DNA of 32,000 nucleotides, taken from NCBI GenBank assembly GCA_964401865.1, contig CAYNZZ010000008.1, forward strand, positions 1 to 32,000, written 5' to 3'. This stretch comes from an uncultured Erysipelotrichaceae bacterium. GTDB lineage: Bacteria; Bacillota_I; Bacilli_A; Erysipelotrichales; Erysipelotrichaceae. This document shows, piece after piece, positions 26,879 to 32,000 of this stretch; the stretch's first letter is position 1; every line of letters begins with the position of its first letter. Position numbers and translations under genes: made by a program. The notes below the pieces were generated by a model. That model did no database searches, was not told where the DNA came from, and saw only the letters and a list, made by a program, of their open reading frames with translations.

Positions 26879-27391
26879 ATGTTAAAAGACAATATTAAGT
26901 TATTTAGAAAACAAAATGGTTTATCTCAAGAAGAACTAGCTATTAAATTAAATGTCGTTAGACAAACGATATCGAAATGGGAAACTGGTCTATCAGTGCC
27001 AGACTGTGAAATGCTTATCGCTATATCAAATGTCTTAAATACACCGGTTAATGTGCTTTTAGGCGAAAGCAGCGAAGAAAAAATCGATGATCTAAAAACA
27101 ATTTGCGAAAAACTTGAAGCTATCAATTTAAAACTAGCTGAAAAACAGCACAACAAGAAAAGATTCATCCAAATCTCGTTGGTTATTATCTGCATTATGA
27201 CAATCGTTATATTTATCGCTATTATGCTTCTTGGTAGCCCATATCAATTTTGGGATAATATTGATACTGAAAAAGCTGTATTGAAAGTTATCTATACCGC
27301 TTTTGAATGGCTATTTATAAGAATTGCCCCAATCATATTGGTTACATCAATTGTTTTGATTGTTGCAATAAAAAGAAAAAATAACGATTAA
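26879..27391 (+). CDS. XRE-family HTH regulator with C-terminal transmembrane segments
   Basis: LKDNIKLFRKQNGLSQEELAIKLNVVRQTISKWETGLSVPDCEMLIAISNVLNTPVNVLLG is the HTH_3 domain. It is followed by two hydrophobic helices. Confidence 0.8.
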   Translation: MLKDNIKLFRKQNGLSQEELAIKLNVVRQTISKWETGLSVPDCEMLIAISNVLNTPVNVLLGESSEEKIDDLKTICEKLEAINLKLAEKQHNKKRFIQISLVIICIMTIVIFIAIMLLGSPYQFWDNIDTEKAVLKVIYTAFEWLFIRIAPIILVTSIVLIVAIKRKNND

Positions 27392-27404
27392 AAAATCAAT
27401 AAAC

Positions 27405-27486
27405 AAAAATGGCATCTAATGAAGTGAACCCCTAAAGTTGGACAAACTTAGGAGGTTCACTTCAATAATAACGCCATTTTTTTGTT
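27405..27486. terminator. Long compound hairpin acting as a bidirectional terminator
   Basis: Three nested helices: AAAAATGGC/GCCATTTTT, GAAGTGAACC/GGTTCACTTC (10 bp perfect) and CCTAAAGTT/AACTTAGG. It is flanked by an A-run and a T-run between convergent genes. Confidence 0.6.
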
Positions 27487-27539
27487 TCGCTATCGAACAT
27501 TAATAAAATTCTTTATTAGAATAATCTTTATAAAAATGT

Positions 27540-28457
27540 TTATTGTTTTCTTACGTAGTGATACGCATTTTGTCCGGCTATCGCTCCATCTGAACAAGCA
27601 GTTACAACTTGTCTCAATTCTTTCTTGATGCAATCGCCTGCTCCAAAAATTCCTTCAACGCTTGTTTCCATTCTTTCATTAACCAAAACATATCCGTATT
27701 CATCTAAGATGCCTAATTTAGATAAGAAATGTGTACATGGATCAGCACCGATATAAGGGAACACGCCACTTACCTTTATCTCGCTTCTCTTTCTTGTATC
27801 AACATCTTCAATCATCAAAGTGTCAACTTTATCCACTCCTTTTATCTCAACCGGAATATGTTTAGTGATGATTTCGATTTTTGAATTATTTTTAATCTTA
27901 TCGGCAATAATAGCATCAGCTCTAAAAACATCTCTTCTGATAATGATATATAGTTTATTAACAAATTCGCTTAAGTAAAGAGCTTCTTCTAAAGCAGAAT
28001 TACCTCCACCAATTACCGCCACATCTTTGTTTTTAAAAAACATTCCATCGCAAACCGCACAATATGAAACTCCTCGACCGGTAAATTCTTTTTCACCCGG
28101 AATATTTAATAGTCTCTCTTTTGTACCGGTCGCAACAATAATGGCTTTTGCAAAATAACTCTCGCCATTAGTTACAACTTCTTTTGTTTTACCTTCACAT
28201 TTAAGGTCTATGACATCATCAAAAACTGTTTCTACTTCAAAGCTTTGCATATGCTCAAACATCGCCATCGCTAAATCGGCACCAGCCATCGTTTTTATGC
28301 TGGGATAATTTTCAATATTATAGGTTTTAATCAACTTTCCACCTGGAGCACTAGCTTCAATAACTAATGTTTTTAAGCCTGTTCGTTTAGCATATATTGC
28401 AGCAGTCATACCCGCTGGCCCTGAACCAATTATTATTAAATCATATCTGTTATTCAT
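27540..28457 (-). CDS. trxB: Thioredoxin-disulfide reductase
   Basis: FAD motif GSGPAGMTAA, redox centre CAVCDG, NADPH motif GGGNSALEEA and C-terminal GDC…RQVVTA. Confidence 0.93.
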   Translation of the reverse strand: MNNRYDLIIIGSGPAGMTAAIYAKRTGLKTLVIEASAPGGKLIKTYNIENYPSIKTMAGADLAMAMFEHMQSFEVETVFDDVIDLKCEGKTKEVVTNGESYFAKAIIVATGTKERLLNIPGEKEFTGRGVSYCAVCDGMFFKNKDVAVIGGGNSALEEALYLSEFVNKLYIIIRRDVFRADAIIADKIKNNSKIEIITKHIPVEIKGVDKVDTLMIEDVDTRKRSEIKVSGVFPYIGADPCTHFLSKLGILDEYGYVLVNERMETSVEGIFGAGDCIKKELRQVVTACSDGAIAGQNAYHYVRKQ

Positions 28458-28517
28458 AAATATTCTCTCTTTCCTCTTAATATTACACCAAGATAAGCAA
28501 TAAGTCTTTTTTATAGC

Positions 28518-28545
28518 TTGAGAAAAATGTTATAAATGGTAAAAT
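28518..28545 (+). promoter_or_regulatory. Sigma-A-type promoter
   Basis: TTGAGA (28518-28523), a 16-nt spacer containing TG, then TAAAAT (28540-28545). Confidence 0.5.
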
Positions 28546-28565
28546 ATAACTATAGGAGATTTTAT

Positions 28566-29693
28566 ATGAAAAATAATACTAACGAATTATACGAAGGCGT
28601 TGCCGATTTAGATGAAGCAATTGCACAAAGAAGAGAATTAATTGAAGAAGCCAAAGGACTTGTTGAACTAGACGACAACAGACAAGCTATAAATAAAATA
28701 AATGAGTTGAGTCGCAAATGGCGCAGAATTCCTTATTGGGAATCTGCATTTGAAGATGAACTACAAGAAGAATTCGAAGGATACTTGAATGTATGCTATG
28801 AAAAAAGACGTGAAGTTTATGATGCCAACCATAGCGCTAAAAAAGATGTCATCGCCGAAGCAAAAATGCCAAACGCAAATATGCAATCTTTAATGGAAAA
28901 ATGGAAGAGCATCGGTTCGGCCGGTAAAGAAAAAGATGAAGAATTATGGCAAGAATTTAATGCTATTCGTCAAGATTTCTATGAAAAACGTCATCTAGCT
29001 TGGGAAAATCAAAAAGAACGTTTTGAACAAGCTAAAGAAATAAAAGAAAACTTAATCAAGGAAGCTGAAGCTTTAGTTGATAATGAAAACATCATCAAAA
29101 CTAATGAGGCTTTCAAAGAATTATTCGAAAAATGGCGTGATGCCGGTCGTGCTGACAGTGAAGTTAATGATGAATTATGGGAGAGATTCTCTGCTATTCG
29201 CCAAAAATTTAACGAAAGACGCAATGCTTACTTCCACGATTTAAGAGAAGTGCAAAATACAGCCTATCAAGCTAAGAAAGCTCTAATTCAAGAAGCTAAA
29301 GAACATTTAGAAAAAGGTACATTCACAAAAGAAGTTACCGAAAGAATGAAAGAACTTTCTGTTGAATGGAAAAATGCTGGTTCATCTGGCAGACAAAGAG
29401 ATGATAAAATCTGGAAAGAATTCAGAGGCATTATGGACCAATATTTTGACGGACTTAAAAAAGCTCGTGAAGAAAGACAAGCTCAATGGCAAGATCGTCT
29501 AAACTCTAATAAAGACTACAAAAACGACTTGATTCAAAATCAAAAACGTCAAATTGAACGCCTAGAAAGAGAGAAAGGCGAAACTTTATCTGAAAGCAGA
29601 ATTAAAGAAATCGAAGAAACTGTTAAAGAAAAACAAGAATATATCGAACAACTTGAAAAAGAAATCGAAGAAATCGACGCTAAATTAAAATAA
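28566..29693 (+). CDS. DUF349 repeat protein
   Basis: Start set to ATG 28566 (AGGAG 7 nt upstream). There are four copies of the DUF349-type unit W(K/R)xxGxxxxxxDDELWxxFxxxxxxFxxRR, for example LMEKWKSIGSAGKEKDEELWQEFNAIRQDFYEKRH. Confidence 0.8.
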   Translation: MKNNTNELYEGVADLDEAIAQRRELIEEAKGLVELDDNRQAINKINELSRKWRRIPYWESAFEDELQEEFEGYLNVCYEKRREVYDANHSAKKDVIAEAKMPNANMQSLMEKWKSIGSAGKEKDEELWQEFNAIRQDFYEKRHLAWENQKERFEQAKEIKENLIKEAEALVDNENIIKTNEAFKELFEKWRDAGRADSEVNDELWERFSAIRQKFNERRNAYFHDLREVQNTAYQAKKALIQEAKEHLEKGTFTKEVTERMKELSVEWKNAGSSGRQRDDKIWKEFRGIMDQYFDGLKKAREERQAQWQDRLNSNKDYKNDLIQNQKRQIERLEREKGETLSESRIKEIEETVKEKQEYIEQLEKEIEEIDAKLK

Positions 29694-29696
29694 GTC

Positions 29697-29729
29697 AAAA
29701 CCGCACAGTGCGAAGCTGTACGGTTTTTT
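29697..29729 (+). terminator. Rho-independent terminator
   Basis: AAAACCGCACAG / CTGTACGGTTTT stem with one mismatch, followed by a T-run. It ends only 12 nt before the next start codon. Confidence 0.6.
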
Positions 29730-29741
29730 GTTGGAGGAAAG

Positions 29742-30191
29742 ATGAAAATTAGAAATTATCAAACAAAGGATTTAAATGAAATAATAGAACTATTTATCAA
29801 TACTGTTAATCATATAAATATCAGTGATTATTCTCCTGAACAGATTAAAGCTTGGACAGATAATATCAATAAAGAAGTATGGCAAAAGAAATTAGAAAAC
29901 AATTATTGTTTAGTGGCCATCGAAGATGATAAGATTGTTGGTTTTGGTGATATCGATAAAAACGGATATCTAGATCATTTATTTGTCCATCATGAATATC
30001 AAAGACAGAAAATCGCTTCAAAGCTATGTCAGGCTCTAGAACTTTCTACAAAAAGTAAAAAGATAACTACTCACTCTTCCATAACCGCTAAACCATTTTT
30101 TGAAAAAAGAGGTTATATTAACATCCAGGAACAGGCAGTTATAAAAAATCAAGTCCCTATGACAAATTACATTATGGAGAAAGACAGATAA
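29742..30191 (+). CDS. GNAT-family N-acetyltransferase
   Basis: Acetyl-CoA motif-A region LFVHHEYQRQKIASKLCQAL. 149 aa. RBS GGAGGA. Confidence 0.85.
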   Translation: MKIRNYQTKDLNEIIELFINTVNHINISDYSPEQIKAWTDNINKEVWQKKLENNYCLVAIEDDKIVGFGDIDKNGYLDHLFVHHEYQRQKIASKLCQALELSTKSKKITTHSSITAKPFFEKRGYINIQEQAVIKNQVPMTNYIMEKDR

Positions 30192-30284
30192 ATATTTAAT
30201 TGCTACTAAAAATCAGCTGAAACAGTATTGATATAGATAGTAAAATTAAAAAGTGATTTTTTTGAAAAATATTTAAAAAAGTTA

Positions 30285-30313
30285 TTGACGGTTTGACACT
30301 ATTTTGATATTAT
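30285..30313 (+). promoter_or_regulatory. Sigma-A-type promoter for the tRNA pair
   Basis: TTGACG (30285-30290), a 17-nt spacer, then TATTAT (30308-30313). It lies about 30 nt upstream of tRNA-Ile. Confidence 0.6.
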
Positions 30314-30342
30314 AAATAAGCACTTGATAGTTCAAGTAAGAC

Positions 30343-30419
<77 letters not shown>

Positions 30420-30445
30420 TTTGAATTATTAAGTTGAATATATAT

Positions 30446-30521
30446 GGGGCATTAGCTCAGCTGGGAGAGCGCCTGCTTTGCACGCAGGAGGTCAGCGGTT
30501 CGATCCCGCTATGCTCCACCA
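30446..30521 (+). tRNA. tRNA-Ala (anticodon UGC)
   Basis: GGGGCATTAGCTCAGCTGGGAGAGCGCCTGCTTTGCACGCAGGAGGTCAGCGGTTCGATCCCGCTATGCTCCACCA. It has the G3:U70 identity pair, anticodon loop TTTGCAC, and encoded CCA. Confidence 0.95.
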
Positions 30522-30532
30522 TATTACACATT

Positions 30533-30557
30533 AAGCCTTTAAATAAAGGCTTTTTTA
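30533..30557 (+). terminator. Rho-independent terminator after the tRNA pair
   Basis: AAGCCTTT-AAAT-AAAGGCTT followed by T6. Confidence 0.7.
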
Positions 30558-30820
30558 ATGCTTTTATTAACTATGGGAAAGATTTTGGAAAGAATTTTAT
30601 AAATTATCATATCAATAATGTGAAAGAGCATTGAATGTTACAATGATCAATACTAATACTAGTGACAAAAACTATTTGGTTTAAAATTTTAAAATTAAAA
30701 ATGCCAATCTATAAAGGTTGACATTCATTATATGAGTTTATATTTTCTATGTTGATACAACCAATTTATCATTATAAATCTTCTATATAATTAATTTCAG
30801 TAAATCAAATTGCTACTGCT

Positions 30821-31843
30821 TTATTTTACATCAATATCAATTATATTTGCATCCGAAACATAGTTTGGATTGCTTAATTGCGTGTCTTTCAAAGACTCTT
30901 TTAATCGATCGCAACAAGGTTTAAATGTAGCATAAGTAATCGCTCCACCTGCAACTCCGCCAACAACTGGAATAGCTTTCTTAAAGAATCCTGCAAATAT
31001 TTCTTTTGTCATTCTTACGCCAAACCACTTAGCAGTACTTTTAACTATTGGATAAATTGTGCCCTTGGTTAAAGCTTGTTTCATCAGCTGTTTTGAAACA
31101 CCATTGCCCAATGCTTTAGCGACCGATTTAATTGCGTTGCTTGCTCCTGCAACACCATACATAGCCCCCAAACATAATGTTAGTATATTTAATGTTTCGG
31201 TATCGAATTGCGATTTATTTTCTATTACATCAATTTCTGGGAAACCATATAAATACAATATTTTTTGTGCAGCTCTTAACATATATCCATAGTATTGAAC
31301 TATATCAGCAGGAATTGTCGCTGCCATAGCAACACCGCCTGGAGCACCTAATGCAGCAGATATGCCTGAAACACAGTTTCTTTCAAATTGAATGACACTA
31401 TCCGCATATTTTTCGATTTTATCAGGCGTAATACCAGCATAAGCAGGATTATGAGCAATTATTATATCGATTACATCTTGAGGATAATCCTTCTTAAATT
31501 CACTTCTTAAAAATTCATACCTCGATATACGAATGCCTGGCGTTCTCAAACCAAGGATGATAATATCCTCAATATCAACCGTGCCATCACCATTGACATC
31601 TAAAGTGTCTCTTACTTTTTCAACTGACTTGTCTGTTACTTTTTTGATTGTAGGAATTGCCTTTTCATTAGCGAAGTCTTTCGTATCTCGGATCAGCTCA
31701 GACGTTTTTTCAAATGTATTAAATGCTGTTTCTTTGGCTATTGGAATCGCTTTTTCTTCGGTAAATTTCTTAGCGTCTCCAAGTGCTTTTTTAGATAATT
31801 TACTCAAATTATTTTTTAACTCTTTAAAATCACTATTTTTCAT
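30821..31843 (-). CDS. EcsC-family protein with an N-terminal extension containing an EF-hand/dockerin-type calcium-binding loop
   Basis: The C-terminal ~230 aa resemble the EcsC family (…ERNCVSGISAALGAPGGVAMAATIPADIVQYYGYMLRAAQKILYLYGFPE…). The N-terminus has the repeated motif EKAIPxxK (two copies) and the loop DVNGDGTVDIED (nt 31600-31565). Confidence 0.7.
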   Translation of the reverse strand: MKNSDFKELKNNLSKLSKKALGDAKKFTEEKAIPIAKETAFNTFEKTSELIRDTKDFANEKAIPTIKKVTDKSVEKVRDTLDVNGDGTVDIEDIIILGLRTPGIRISRYEFLRSEFKKDYPQDVIDIIIAHNPAYAGITPDKIEKYADSVIQFERNCVSGISAALGAPGGVAMAATIPADIVQYYGYMLRAAQKILYLYGFPEIDVIENKSQFDTETLNILTLCLGAMYGVAGASNAIKSVAKALGNGVSKQLMKQALTKGTIYPIVKSTAKWFGVRMTKEIFAGFFKKAIPVVGGVAGGAITYATFKPCCDRLKESLKDTQLSNPNYVSDANIIDIDVK

Positions 31844-31851
31844 ATTTTATA

Positions 31852-31861
31852 CCCCCCCCCC
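31852..31861. repeat. Homopolymer tract C10 on the plus strand (G10 on the coding strand of the EcsC-family gene)
   Basis: Read directly. The minus strand reads …TAAAATAATAC-GGGGGGGGGG-TATAAAAT-ATG. The tract length is confirmed independently by the frame of the plus-strand ORF in the track (T-P-P-P-Y). Confidence 0.95.
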
Positions 31862-31866
31862 GTATT

Positions 31867-31895
31867 ATTTTAAATCAAATAACACTTTTGCACAA
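31867..31895 (-). promoter_or_regulatory. Candidate promoter placing the transcription start at or inside the G10 tract
   Basis: On the minus strand TTGTGC (31895-31890), a 17-nt spacer, then TAAAAT (31872-31867). The predicted +1 is about 7 nt downstream, at the start of the G-run. Confidence 0.4.
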
Positions 31896-32000
31896 ACATG
31901 ATGTGTTAATTTTTGTTTTGCCAATGCATAACGAAAGATTCGTCATCGATCCAGCACCATTTATGGACATTTTTTATTTATTCTTTTGATAGTAATTATA

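Noticed and set aside
30434-30634. 66-aa ORF in the track
   Set aside because: It runs straight through tRNA-Ala(UGC) and its terminator, so it is an artefact of translating a tRNA gene.
30718-30750. Promoter-like TTGACA-17-TATTTT on the plus strand, pointing into the 3' end of the EcsC-family gene
   Set aside because: No downstream ORF or RNA feature is visible. Such hexamers are expected by chance in AT-rich DNA.

Overview
The window is AT-rich and looks like low-GC Bacillota (Erysipelotrichia or Mollicutes-related by gene content, a guess). It uses the standard code: TGA, TAA and TAG all end ORFs at expected lengths. Most of it is ordinary chromosomal backbone. Recognisable genes are groES-groEL with a CIRCE operator, trxB, miaA, tcdA, an M3 oligoendopeptidase, a BI-1/YccA protein and an NfeD-SPFH pair. 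There is also a Na/Pi cotransporter, two ECF S-components, a GNAT, a DUF349 protein, two membrane-tethered XRE regulators, and tRNA-Arg(CCU), tRNA-Ile(GAU) and tRNA-Ala(UGC). I saw no CRISPR array, integrase, transposase or rRNA.

Observations worth following up:
1. An 822-aa ORF fuses a complete TetM/EF-G-like translational GTPase to a C-terminal YacP/Rae1-type NYN RNase domain. This may be a GTPase-delivered ribosomal A-site nuclease.
2. An ABC importer operon carries two paralogous binding-protein genes. Each is preceded by its own T-box leader, and I read the specifier codons as different: UUC (Phe) and UAC (Tyr).
3. A G10 homopolymer sits 8 nt upstream of the start of an EcsC-family gene, in a very AT-rich genome.
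4. A gene-poor patch at about 560-1800 lies next to tRNA-Arg. It holds a dense ATTAGC-motif array, an unlisted 59-aa ORF and a histidine-kinase fragment with three in-frame TAA codons.

All functional calls come from motif recognition by eye. No database search was run.
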